Below are positions 51,341 to 64,000 of a stretch of DNA of 64,000 bases, piece after piece. Below the pieces are notes generated by a model. It was not told the DNA's origin and made no database searches. It worked only from the letters and a program-made list of their open reading frames with translations. How positions within the stretch are numbered: position 1 is the stretch's first letter; each line of letters begins with the position of its first letter. The DNA is from Octopus sinensis (taxonomy: Eukaryota): the NCBI RefSeq assembly GCF_006345805.1, contig NW_021832385.1:2444-66443 (forward strand). Reading direction: 5' to 3'. Made by a program: the position numbers and the translations under genes.

Positions 51341-51478
51341 TAGAGGGAATGAGACACTCAGAAATCAGGATGGTTTTATATTTACAGTATTTTATATTTA
51401 TTAGTATGTTACATGTTTATATAAATCATATATCATATATTAGTGATTTCGTCCACTCTAATAGAGTTTTCAATTTTT
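51341..51478. repeat. ~135 bp repeat, inverted partner of 53914-54048
   Basis: ctcagaaatcaggatggttttatatttacag versus ctgtaaatataaaaccatcctgatttctgag. Confidence 0.8.
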
Positions 51479-51483
51479 TTTCT

Positions 51484-53893
51484 CTAGTTTCAGCCCAGAG
51501 CTGCGGCCATGCTGATGCACCGCCGTTTTGTGCTACACAGTTACTTCGAAGAACCTCGTCTAATATGTGGCACTTGGTGAAGAATGGAGTTTGATATAGC
51601 TACTCTCATTTGCACCTCTTGCCGTGAGGTAGGTTCATCTGGGACTCTCGAGAGGAAGATGTCCAGCTTTAATTTAAAAACTGCTACATCTACTTTGTGC
51701 AAGTTCCTCTGACTCTTTGGGAGAATATTAAAAAGCTGTGGGCCCTTGAAACCCAGGCTGTTGCAGAAGCTGGTCCTGAAGCGTAATGGCATTGCTGGGA
51801 TCTTTGGTGTAGCTTACAATGCCAAAATTTGGCACAATTCCTTCCAGGATCTTCCAGACATATATTACTGCATACCTCTCCCGTCTTCTCTCCAGGGAGT
51901 AGAGTCTTAGCAGTTTCAACCTTTTCCAGTAGCTGAGCTGTTGCAAAGATACGATCTTCTTTGTGAATCTTCTCTGGATTGCTTCAAGGTTCGCTGTTAA
52001 TTTTACACTGGTGGGTGACCATAGCTGTGAGCAGTAATCCAGGCGGCTGAGGACGAATGTCCGCCAGAGAACTATCATGGTTTCCTTATCTCTGGTTCTG
52101 AATGTTCTTAGGATCCACCTAGCCAGTCGTCTGCACTTTGTCGCCATCCTGGTAATGTGCACTTGGAAAGAGGTATCATCACTCATGTCGATACCCAGGT
52201 CCCTCACAGACTTAGGCTCTGGGATTGAAATTCCCTGTGGACCGGTGTATCCTGTAAGTTTAATATTCAGTTTTGGATGCTGGTAGCACAGGGCCTGGAA
52301 TTTTTCAGCATTAAACTGCATATTATTATCCTCAGCCCATCTGTAGATTGAGTCCAACTCCCGCTGCAGGTGTGCAACATCGCTGGGGTTCTGCATTTTC
52401 TGCGAGACTTTCGTATCGTCTGCATAGCTGGCCAGAGTGGCTATCCGGGCATTTGAGGGCATATCTAAGAGGGCCACTATAAAAAGCAGTGGTCCCAAGA
52501 CAGTGCCCTGTGGAACACCGCTCACTATTTGTGCGTATTTCCATTAACCACTACTGCCTCACTCCTATCTTTCAGGAAGTCATGTAACCACACTCCAAGT
52601 TTTCCATCTATGCTGAGGTCACGCAGTTTGTGGCATATCATACCATGATCCACCTTGTCAAAAGCTTTTGCAAAATCAAGGTAGATTACGTCCACATTTG
52701 ATTTGTTGAGTAACTGCCACAACACCCAGTCATAATGTTGTAAGAGCTGGGTCAGGCAGCTCCTACCTGGTCGAAAACCATGCTGGGTATCACTCAGCAA
52801 GAAATTTTCCTCAAGGAATACGATTAGTTTCTTTCTGACTATCCGTCCCATGACTTTGCTGATGTGTGAAGTCAGAGAGATAGGCCTATAGTTTTTGGCA
52901 TCTGCTCTACTTACCCCTTAATGTATTGGGCATATTATTCCCTCCTTCAACTTGCTTGGCAGTTTGCCATTCGCAAGAAAGCTCTGGAAGAGAATCTTGA
53001 GGGGTTTTGCCAGGGCATGCTTACACGCTTTGAGGAGGATGGCTGGGAAACCGTCTGGACCAGCAGCTGAGTTTGTGTCCACTTCATCTATGGCTAGTAG
53101 GACATCTTTTTCGCTAATGTCGATACATCCTATTGTAACCGCCTCGCTGGTTGTAGGTGAAGCGGCAAAGAAGTCCACTGGTTCGTTCACTTGTCTGTGT
53201 TCCAACGGGGTGGTAAAGACACTTTTGAACTGGTCATTCAGCATCTCATTGATCTTAGTTGGACTGTCTGTGAGGGAGCCATCCTTTTGGAGGAGGAGTC
53301 CTATCTTGTAGTGCACTGAGACTGTTTCTTTCGCGTAATGAAAGAAGGCCTTTGGGTTTGATTTAATATTTTTTATAACCCAGGTTTCTTTGTCTGCTTC
53401 TCCTTGCAGCCTTTTTTCGATCTCCATCAGTGTTGTTTTTAGGCGGGACATTTCGCTACTTTTGGGATGTTGGTTGAGACGATTTGTAACCTTCGTCCGT
53501 CGTCTCATGAGGATCTTCCTGTCTCTTGGAATCTTGCTCCTATTTGTTTTGGCCCTGTGCTCTCGGACATATTTCTGGCATACGGCTTGTACAGAAGACA
53601 TGAAACATTCTAGTTTCATGTCAATGTCTGGTGTGGAGAGACATTCCGGCCAGTCCTCTCTGAGGATCTCCTTTTGTATCGATTTCCAATCTGCTTTGTG
53701 GAAGTTCAGATTGGAGAGATTTCGGGTGCTTCCTTTAGGCTATATGTCTCTGGTTACTTTTGGCCCAAACATAGACAGCTCTATTCTGTTGTGATCCGAA
53801 ACTGATGTTGGTGTCACTTTCACATCATGAATGATGTCCATATTGTTCGTCAAGCAGAGATCCAGAATGTTATTCGCCCTAGTTGGCTTGAGT
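51484..53893 (-). mobile_element. 5'-truncated Myb-LINE family copy F
   Basis: KIPRDRKILMRRRTK, QHGFRPGRSC, VPQGTVLGP, SYADDTKVS, YSLERRRERY, 3' motif. Confidence 0.92.
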
Positions 53894-53913
53894 ATGAATA
53901 AGTCATTGAAGAG

Positions 53914-54048
53914 TTCAATTTGAAGACTCCACTAGAGTGGACGAAAGCGATATTATATGATATATGATTTATAAAAACATGTAACATAATAATAAATATC
54001 TGTAAATATAAAACCATCCTGATTTCTGAGTACCTCATTTCTTCTAAT
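53914..54048. repeat. ~135 bp repeat, inverted partner of 51341-51478
   Basis: See partner entry. Confidence 0.8.
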
Positions 54049-54092
54049 ATATAAAACCTGTACATCATCTCCAAAATTTCGAATATAAATAA

Positions 54093-54145
<53 letters not shown>

Positions 54146-54174
54146 ATATATATATAATATATATATATATAATC

Positions 54175-55446
54175 TATAACTACAAAATTAGAGAATGGAG
54201 AAACATACTTAAATCAATAAAACATCACTATCCGATGATACCCAATCAATACTTTAATACACCATACATATGAGTAAAGGCATTATACAAAATGAGATAT
54301 ACAGTAATAGAAAAAGATAAAGAGATATAAGGTAAAAAATTTCAAATATAATATGCAATTAAATCAAAACTGACAGCTGTTTCGGCAGTGAGGGCAGTCA
54401 TACCTCATTTAACCTCTAAGCCATAAAGGCAGGTATAAATGAGGCATTAACAAGGATGCCCCACGGCCTCTTCAAGAATTAAATTAAATTTGTTATAATT
54501 GTGAAAAATATTATATAACCATATACATATAAATATAAAATTATAAAAATGTAAAATATAAAAACTTATACATCATAAGCTACACTTATATAATATAATA
54601 CTCATTGGTACAATAAAGAAGGTAAACAGAACAAAATAACAAAATATATATCAGTGTATATATTAATATTAATAAGTACCGATATATTACATATTTGGCT
54701 AATAGTTTTTTTAAAAACCTAACACATAGGAGATGAAAAATAATATTAAAACTGTTCAGTCATAAAATTCTAAAGCTATGAAAGTTAATAAAAATTACTA
54801 TTAATATTAATAATAATAATAATAATAAAAATAATAATAATAATAATAGATACAGTTAAGTTTGCACCAAGTCCATCCTTTCAAGATCGAAATAACTATG
54901 AGTTTAGAAATGCTGATCACTAGGTAAAGAAAATTTGATCAGCATTTCTAAACTCATAGTTATTTCGATCTTGAAAGGATGGACTTGGTGCAACTTAACT
55001 GTATCTATTATTATTATTATTATTTTTATTATTATTATTATTATTAATATTAATAGTAATTTTTATTAACTTTCATAGCTTTAGAATTTTATGAACTGAA
55101 CCATGGTTTTATTATTTATTTTTCATCTCCCTATGTGTTAGTTTTTTTAAAAAAACTAACACATAGGGAGATGAAAAATAATTAAAACCATGGTTCAGTT
55201 CATAAATTCTAAAGCTATGAAAGTTAATAAAAATTACTATTAATATTAATAATAATAATAATAATAAAAATAAAAATAATATAATATAGATACAGTTAAG
55301 TTTGCACCAAGTCCATCCTTTCAAGATCGAAATAACTATGAGTTTAGAAATGCTGATCACTAGTAAGAAAATTTTGATCAGCATTTCTAAACTCATAGTT
55401 ATTTCGATCTTGAAAGGATGGACTTGGTGCAAACTTAACTGTATCT

Positions 55447-55477
<31 letters not shown>

Positions 55478-56298
55478 TTATTATTATTAATATTAATAGT
55501 AATTTTTATTAACTTTCATAGCTTTAGAATTTTATGAACTGAACCATGGTTTTAATTATTATTTTTCATCTCCCTATGTGTTAGTTTTTTTAAAAAAACT
55601 ATTAGCCAAATATGTATAATATCGGTACTTATTAATATTAATATATACACTGATATATATTTTGTTTTATTTTGTTCTGTTTACCTTCCTTTATTGTACA
55701 ATGAGTATTATATTATATAAGTGTAGCATTATGATGTATAAGTTTTATATTTTACATTTTTATATTTTTTATTTATATGTATATGGTTTATATATATTTT
55801 TCACAATTATAACAAATTTAATTTAATTCTCTGAAGAGGCCGTGGGGCATCCTTGTTAATGCCTCATTTATACCTGCCTTTATGGCTTAGAGGTTAAATG
55901 AGGTATGACTGCCCTCACTGCCGAAACAGCTGTCAGTTTTGATTTATTGCATATTATATTTGAAATTTTTTATTATATCTCTTATCTTTTTACTATTACT
56001 GTATATCTCATTTTGTATAATGCCTTTACTCATATGTAATGGTGTATTAAAGTATTGATTGGGTATCATCGGATAGTTGATGTTTTATTGATTTAAGTAT
56101 GTTTCTCCATTCTCTAATTTTGTAGTATTAATTTACGGTAATATTATTACCTTTACCCATATAAATACAATAGATGAACTGATTGTTTGACAATTTTAAC
56201 ATCTATGTATTAATCTTGTTGGGTACCTATCTGGCAGTATATTGGATATATATTATCCCATGGTGGGTTGAATTTTCAACCCCTATCTCATTTTATAA

Positions 56299-56300
<2 letters not shown>
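54175..56300. repeat. Large fold-back of an HHR-bearing pLTR-like sequence, with a fourfold alternating inner segment
   Basis: ~54180-54700 is the reverse complement of ~55600-56130; inner ~220 bp runs F-R-F-R over ~54700-55590. Confidence 0.85.
55827..55938 (+). ncRNA. Hammerhead ribozyme with 85-nt stem II
   Basis: CTGAAGA ggccgtggggca...tgccctcactgcc GAAA cagctg TC ag; stem I is weak; the minus copy at ~54367-54478 lacks C3. Confidence 0.65.
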
Positions 56301-56344
<44 letters not shown>

Positions 56345-56389
56345 CATAAATATGTACATATATATATATATTTATATTTTATATTTCAT

Positions 56390-56603
56390 CTAGTTTCAGC
56401 TCAGCCATTCAGTGTTGCTACATGATTTTACTTCACGAATGCTTTTTAGCAATTGCCATTTGGTGCATGAGAGAGTTCGATGCAGCTGCCCTCATCTGCA
56501 CCTCCTGCCATGAAGTTGGTTCATCTGGGACACCTGACAGGAAGAGATCCAGTTTTATTTTAAAGACATCTGCATCCACCCCATGCAGGTCTCTCAGGTC
56601 CTT
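56390..56603 (-). mobile_element. Myb-LINE 3' end fragment G
   Basis: DLRDLHGVDADVFKIKLDLFLSGVPDEPT. Confidence 0.88.
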
Positions 56604-56629
56604 CATACATATATATCTATACATAAATA

Positions 56630-56667
<38 letters not shown>

Positions 56668-56769
56668 AATATGTACATATATATATATATATACACAAAT
56701 AAGTACATAATATAATATACTATATATATATATATATATATACACACACAAATATGTACATATATCTAA

Positions 56770-56808
<39 letters not shown>

Positions 56809-56888
56809 TATATATATACTTAAACTATATATATATATAAATATATATTACTTAAACTATATATATATATAAATATATATATATACTT

Positions 56889-57432
56889 AATCACCCCAGA
56901 GGGCACTCACTAAACGAATTGAAGGCATGGCTGTTCTCAATTATTGGGACCGCCTTAAATCCTTGAAACTCTACTCTCTCCAGCGTCGCCGCGAGCGGTA
57001 CATCATTTGTACGATTTGGAGAACATACCACCAACTTTGCCCAAATGACCAGAACATTAGCTTCAAGGTTCATCCAAGACTGGGACCACGGGCCATATGT
57101 TCCCTGCCCAATTCAGGATCACAGCATACATGTACACTGCAACATAATTTCTTTTCCTCAACAGGTCCTGCCCTATTTAACATTGTCCCGAAAGAGATCA
57201 AAGAGGAAAAGGATCCCATCAACTTTAAACAGAGTCTGGATAGATTCCTTCAAGGAATGCCAGATAAGCCACCCATAATTGGATACAACTCACCCAACAA
57301 GAACTCACTACTTGAATGGACCATAAACAAAACTTGACTTAAACAGGATTTAGATAATCCTATCAGGTGGTGCTATTAAGTTAGACATGGCCTGGACCAA
57401 TCTTTGGTCGAAACATATCTAACTTTTATCTA
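56889..57432 (+). mobile_element. 3' end of a related but distinct LINE (H)
   Basis: LNYWDRLKSLKLYSLQRRRERYII; gtggtgctattaag..catggcctgg 3' motif; short ctaacttttat repeat tail. Confidence 0.85.
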
Positions 57433-57441
57433 ACTTTTATG

Positions 57442-57473
<32 letters not shown>

Positions 57474-57587
57474 TATACATATATATAGATAGATATAGAG
57501 ATATATGTACATCCATATATATGCATACATATATATATACGTATATATACATACATATATATATATGCATATGTATATATCAATATA

Positions 57588-57706
57588 TGGCCTGCTCGCT
57601 TAGCCAGCGGGGTGGCGTCATTCGATGGCTAAAACAATGCGAACGCATTGTGACCAGCGATGTGTAACAACATCTGATGGTCTGGTCGGTCACGTGATCA
57701 CGTGAT
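57588..57706 (+). mobile_element. Short SINE-like or retroposon-tail repeat
   Basis: tggcctgctcgcttagccagcgggg...ggtcacgtgatcacgtgat; recognised from memory as an abundant octopus repeat, unverified. Confidence 0.55.
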
Positions 57707-58239
57707 ATATCAATATATATATACATATATATAAATATATATACACAGAGATATATACATATAAGTATTTATATATATATATATATATACATGGATATAT
57801 ACGTATATATACGTAAATAAATTATTTGTAATAATACAAATAAATACAGAATATTTTCGCTTTTGATGTAGTATATGCAACTAAAACATATCTCACGAAC
57901 AACCGAGCACATGTGCTAAAGCCACGTTTTTTGAAAACCCCTAAAAAGCTACTACCTGATATCGGAATCGCTCAAATATTAAATTCGCAAGCGGATCAAA
58001 GCATAAAAAACAAACCATAAAATATTGCATCTACGAACATTGGAACTCTATTCTTTTCTTTTGTTTACAAAATGCAAGTAAAGAAAAAATATTATTTATT
58101 ATTATTAATAATCGACGATCTTACTGTTCTAAGATCGCCTAATAATACATCGATATAATCGCATTATAGATATAAAAAATATACGCTAATTTTATTTTTA
58201 AACGCGCGTCTGTTTGTATATAAATTCGTCCATGATACA

Positions 58240-59150
58240 GTGTGTTTCCTTCTCTCAATCCTGACTATCTGTGTAACCTGCCTTACTCTTTCTATCTTTT
58301 TCTTACAATTCTCCCCTCCTTATCTGTCTCTCCATCCCTCAGATCCTCTTTTCCGCTCTCTGTCTTTCTCTCTCCCTCTCTCTGCCATCGTTTCTCTTTC
58401 TGCATCTCTCCCCCCCCCCCTGCTCTCTCTCAGATCAACTTTCTCACATCTCATCCTCCCTCTCTGTTCCTCTACTTCACTCATTCTCTCTTGTATCTCT
58501 ATCCCGCCCTCTCTCTCTCCCTCTCTCTTTTTCTCTCTCTCACTCTCTCTCTCTGTTACTCTCTCTGCCTATCTTCTCTCCGCTCCTTCTCAGGTTAAAC
58601 CTCTTTCTCTCTTTTCCTCCTTCTGTCCCCTTATTTCTTTCTCTAAACCACCCTCCCTGTCCCTTTACTACACTCTCTTGCACCTCTATCTCGCCCCCTC
58701 TTTCCCTCTCCCCTTTTTCTTCCTACCTTTCCTCTCCCTGCTCCCTCTAAGGTTCACCCCCTTGTCTCTTTTTTCCTCTCTCTCTATCTCCTTCTTTCTC
58801 CACACCACCCTCTCTGTTCCTTTACTTCACTCTCTGGTACATCTATCCCGCCCTCTCTCTTCCTCTCCATTTTTCTCTCTGCCTTTCTTCTCCCTGCTAC
58901 CCCTAAGGTCCATCCCCTTGTCTCTCTTTTCCTCCCTGTCCCTTTACTTCCTTTCTACCACACATCTATCCCACTCACTCTCTCCCTGCTGACCTGCCAT
59001 TCTTTCTCTCTTCTCTCAGGTCAATCCCCTTGTCTCTCTCTCTATCCCCCCTGGCTTATCTGCCACCAGCTTTTCTCTTCTCTCCTCTCCCTCTCAGGTC
59101 AACCATCTTATCTTTCCTTCTCTCTCTGTTCCTATATTTCACTCTCAGGA
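58240..59150 (+). repeat. CT-rich degenerate repeat immediately 5' of LINE copy I
   Basis: Pyrimidine-rich blocks, several ending in ctcag. Confidence 0.75.
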
Positions 59151-59154
59151 AAAA

Positions 59155-62100
59155 ATGTCAAAGAACTGGTCTGCGAGGGAGTTGCAATTGTTCGTCCACG
59201 ACTGGAAGATTGCCGAGGGTGACTCGCCAAACAATATCATTGCAGCGGCGCTAAAGAGCAATGATTTTTCGAGGACCACAACCCAGATAAAGCGAAAGAA
59301 ACGAGAATTCCTCCGTTCATACGCTCTAATCAGGCAACACATGGACACTCCTAGGGGTGACTTCACCAAGGAAGACCAAAAGAATGGAGAAAACATCCAG
59401 GACCCAACAAAAGACACAACCGAGAAACCTAGAACAAAGGGAAACAATGGCATATGTCCAGTTCCCAACACAACTGAAGACCAAAGAGGTGCGATGGCCG
59501 CAAAAAGGAAAGCACCCTAAAATTGATGGAAAACAAGAAGTAAAAGACAAGAAATCTAAAACAAACACTGTTCAGAAAAAACAGAAGAACCCCAGCAAGA
59601 ACTATGAGGGCAAAACCAGAAACATCTGCAAATTTTACCTGACGGGAGACTGCTGGCATGGCGTCGAAGGTGCACACTGTCGTTTTGCTCATGAGAGGCC
59701 TTGCCAAAACCGCATGGACACAAGACAAAAATCCCTCCCACGGGGAGAACAAAAAGATAAAGAAAAATATAGAGGAAGGAAAATGGCGCACTGACCACTC
59801 CTGAAAGACGATATGCGGGTGTATTGCGCGGTAGCCCAACAAATGGCCAGCTTCACCCAGATGTGTGAAGGTCAGCAGCTGAACAGCAATCTTTTTTGTG
59901 CATGGCACAAAAAAATGTTCAGCAGCTGACCTGGCTACAAGCACAAAGCTGGAACTACCACCACATAAGGCACCACCAACAGATGCAGGATTGCCACCAC
60001 AGACACCAACACACACACCACAAAAATATTTCTACTGAACGTAAGAGGGCTGCTTCACGGCAACTGTAAAAGGAAAATCTCATTCCTGAGAGACCTTGTG
60101 ACATGCAATCAAGCTATATGCATGGCACTCACAGATACGTATCTTGGACCCGATATGGGGGATGCAGAAATACACATTCGGCAATATGCAGTCATACACT
60201 CAGATAGAAAAGGGAGGAGCCATGGTGGAGTTGCAATGTACATCCGAGATGATCTCACGCCCCAGGTCCTGCTGTCATATTCAAACTCAGTGTGTGAAAC
60301 TCAAATTGTACACATAAGACAACTGAATATCGTCATATGTACTACATATCGCCCACCAGATGCCCCAAATCACTCAGGCATGTTTGAAGACTGCCTAACA
60401 AAGATATGAGAAGTCTTCACCAACCTTGAACAACACAACAGTGTATTCTTCATGGGTGACTTTAACTTCCCCAATGTGGAATGGCCTGGGAGGGGGCAGA
60501 TGCTCCCAGGGATGACACACCATCAGCAGAAACAGGCAGAGTCCCAGCTTCATCTCACAAATGCCTCTTTCATGGAGCAAATAGTTCTGCAACCAACAAG
60601 GGCAGATAATATACTGGATCTCTGCTCCACAAACAATATGGATATTATCCATAATGTTAAAGTGATGCCGATAATGATCTCGGATCACAACATAATAGAG
60701 CTGTCTATATATGGATCAAAAGCCCCCGCAGACACACAGCCTATACGAAGCATCCACCATCTCTCCAACTTAAACTTTCATAAAGCAAACTGGAAGTTGA
60801 TTTAGAAAGAGATCCTCAAACAGGATTGGCCTAAATGTCTCTCCACACCGGACATTAACATGAAACACAAACATTTCATGTCTATAATACACGCCATATG
60901 TGACAAATATGTCCCTGTGTGCAGGGCCAGCACACACAAAAACAAAAACAGGATCCCTAGAGAAAGGAAGATTCTTATGAAACGACGGACAAGGATTGCG
61001 AAGCACACCAAAAGTGGTGAGAAGTCTCGGCTCGAGAGAATGCAAGTGGAAATTGAGAAAAGTCTGCATCAGTCTCATGAAAAGGAGAGAGCAGATAAAG
61101 AAGCTTGGGTAATAGAATATATATATAGAATAAACCCTAAAGATTTCTTTAAGTTTGCCAAAGAGACAGTCACAGTGCACCAGAGAATAGGACCCCTCTT
61201 CCAAAAAGATGATTCTCTCACAGAAAATCCCACGAGGATAAGTGAAATACTGAACGAACAGTTCCAAAGTGCGTTCACTACACCTCTAGGACACAGGCAA
61301 GTAAACAACCCAGAAGAATTCTTTGCCACTTTACCTCCGGCCAAAGAGGCAAAAATTGAGTACACCAACATTGAAGATGATGGTATCACACTGACCATAG
61401 ATGAGATTGACACAAACTCAGCTGCTGGACCTGATGGATTCCAGCGATCCTTCTAAAACCGTGCAAGCGAGCCCTTGCAAAACCGCTACAGTTTCATTTT
61501 CAGAGCTTTCTTGCAAGTGGTAAGCTCCCAGTCAAATTGAAAGAGGGGGTAATATGCCCTATCCATAAGGAAGGTAGCAGAGCAGATGCTAAAAATTATA
61601 GGCTTATCTCTCTGACCTCATACATCAGCAAAGTCATGGAACGAATAGTCCGCAAGAAAATTATCATGTTCCTTGAAGAAGATGACTTGCTGACTGACAC
61701 TCAGCATGGATTTCGACCAGGTAGAAGCTGCCTAACACAGCTCCTGCAACACTATGACTGGGTGTTAAAACAGCTATTAAATGGCTCAAATGTGGATGTG
61801 ATATATCTCGACTTTGCAAAAGCCTTTGATAAAGTCGACCACAGTATGATTTGTTACAAACTGCGTGGTCTCGGCATAGGCGGAAAACTTGGAGAGTGGC
61901 TGCACAACTTCATAAAACATAGAAGGCAGGCAGTTTTGACCAATGGAGCCACCTCCAAGGAAACACAAATAACAAGCGGTGTTCCACAGGGCACTGTCTT
62001 GGGGCCACTGCTGTTCATAGTGGCCCTTTCAAACATGCCCTCAGTTGCTAAGATGGCCACCCTTGCTAGCTATGCAGATGACACAAAAGTCTCCCACACA

Positions 62101-63056
62101 ATACTAAACCCTGGAAATATTGCACATCTGCAACAGGAGTTGGATACAATATACAGGTGGGCTGAGGACAACAATATGTAGTTTAATGCAGGTAAGTTCC
62201 AGGCCCTGAGCTACTGGCACACAAAGGTAAACGGCATGTAGACTGAATACACTGGCCCAGGAAGAATTGCAATCCCTGAGTCAAAATCAGTGCGTGACCT
62301 GGGCATTGACATGAGCAATGATGCATCTTTCCAAATGCATATTGCTAATCTGGTGATAAAATGCAGACGGCTAGCTGGATGGATTCTCCGAACTTTCAGA
62401 ACAAGAGAGAAGGAGACACTGATGGTCCTATGGAAAACATTCGTCCTCAGCCGCTTGGACTACTGCTCCCAACTTTGGTCACCACGCAATATAAAGCAAA
62501 CAGCAGAACTCGAAGCAATTCAGAGTAGCTACACAAAGAAAATCGTCTCAATGCAAAATATCAGCAACTGGGAAAGACTGAAGGTATTAAACCTCTTCTC
62601 CCTAGAGCGGAGACGGGAGAGATGTGCGGTGATATACATCTGGAAAATCCTGGAGGGTCTTGTCCCAAACTTTGGCATTCAAAGTTACTCCAACCGCAGA
62701 ACGGGGCGCTACTACATGGTGCCAAGGATTCCAACATCACCATCAAAATACAGGTCCAGATACTGCAACAGCTTGGGTTTCAGAGGACCACAGCTCTTTA
62801 ACATCCTCCCTAAATGCCTGAGAGACTTGCATGGTGTGGATGTGGGTTTCTTTAAAACTGAAATGGATCTTTTCTTGTCGAGGGTCCCAGATGAACCTAC
62901 CTCACGACAGGAGACACAGATGCAGGCAGCGGCATCGAACTCCCTTGTTGACCAAGTGCCACGTATCAGAGGTGGATTCACATATTAGTGTAGCTCATTC
63001 AGCAGTGGTGCCCCAGCATGGCCGCAGCCTTCGGACTGAAACATTTTTAAGGATTT
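59155..63056 (+). mobile_element. Full-length Myb-LINE copy I (divergent subfamily), frameshifted
   Basis: MSKNWSARELQLFVHDW, CKFYLTGDCWHGVEGAHCRFAH, LTDTYL, MGDFNFP, RT 61537-62181 with YADD, 3' motif. Confidence 0.93.
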
Positions 63057-63087
63057 TATATATAAAACATTATAAAATATCTATAAA

Positions 63088-63136
<49 letters not shown>

Positions 63137-63223
63137 TTATATATATATATTTATATATATGTATAGAAATGTATATATGTATATATATTTATACATATGC
63201 ATAGATGTATACATATATATTCA

Positions 63224-63268
<45 letters not shown>

Positions 63269-63481
63269 TATATATATATACGTATGTATAGAAATGTATA
63301 TATGTAATATATTTATACATATGCATAGATGTATACATATATATTCATATATTTATAAAATATATATATATATAATATATATATATATCTATATATATAT
63401 ATATAATTATATATATACATCTTTTGTCAAAAATTGGGTTAAAAAGTATTGGGTTTCCTATATATGGATAGTATTATAATA

Positions 63482-63573
63482 GGGCTGCAAGCTGGCAGAA
63501 ATGTTTGCATGCCGGTTGAAATGCTTAGCTGTATTTCGTCTACCATTATGTTCTGAATTCAAATCCTGCCGAG
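63482..63573 (+). mobile_element. tRNA-derived SINE head, truncated
   Basis: gctggcagaaatgtt (A-box-like) and gaattcaaatcc (B-box-like); resembles an octopus SINE 5' end as I recall it. Confidence 0.55.
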
Positions 63574-63771
63574 AAATTTTCTTTAAGTAGTAGAAACGGC
63601 TAAAAAAATTTTTTTTTGGCTGCTATTTCTACTAAGTTCAGTATGTGGCAAAGTAATTTATTTTACTAAGCCCTAATTATATAATGTAATATTTTGAATT
63701 CGCCTTCAATGGTCTTTTTACATACTGAACACTTGGTGAAATTGATTAATTAATTTTACCCTCAATTGTTG
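63574..63771 (+). repeat. F544-related structured domain without HHR
   Basis: ttctttaagta.tagaaa..gctatttcta..gttcagtatgtggcaaagtaatttattttactaagccc...acatactgaacacttggtg. Confidence 0.85.
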
Positions 63772-63837
63772 ATATATATATATATATACTACATATATAT
63801 ATATACATATATATATACATATATATATATATAAAAT

Positions 63838-63869
<32 letters not shown>

Positions 63870-64000
63870 CATATATATATAAATACATATATATATATAT
63901 ATATAACATAAATATAAGAGGGTGGTCACTATATTGCTCACTCTAGCACCAGTTAATCCAAAAGGTTTCAACCACGAAAATACATGTGTTTTAGGAAAGG

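Noticed and set aside
63915-64000. Possible end of another PLE endonuclease on the minus strand (WLKPFGLT)
   Set aside because: Too short and cut by the window edge

Overview
Repeat-saturated animal genomic DNA, probably octopus (inferred from the microsatellite style and SINE/LINE-tail sequences I recognise; not verified). I found no host gene, rRNA, tRNA gene or CRISPR array. The window is a mosaic of mobile-element modules, mostly separated by (TA)n/(TATG)n microsatellite. Penelope-like elements (PLEs): three RT-bearing Naiad-type elements (YRDD class), one Naiad endonuclease remnant and two Neptune-type remnants. LINEs: about ten copies or fragments of a CR1/Jockey-group family with N-terminal Myb/SANT-like and CCCH domains, plus two other LINE 3' ends. 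Also one DD34D mariner nested in a LINE and an AT-rich minisatellite. The dominant hidden signal is RNA-level. At least nine sequence families carry type I hammerhead ribozyme (HHR) motifs, most with a palindromic stem III and many with stem II expanded to 55-99 nt. Three families form ORF-less 544-597 bp tandem arrays that share a covarying structured domain. One intact 521-codon Naiad RT lacks any endonuclease and lies between two HHR-bearing direct repeats. Caveat: many 1-nt indels, fold-back junctions and (TA)n joins suggest an error-prone long-read assembly, so frameshifts and some adjacencies may be artefacts.
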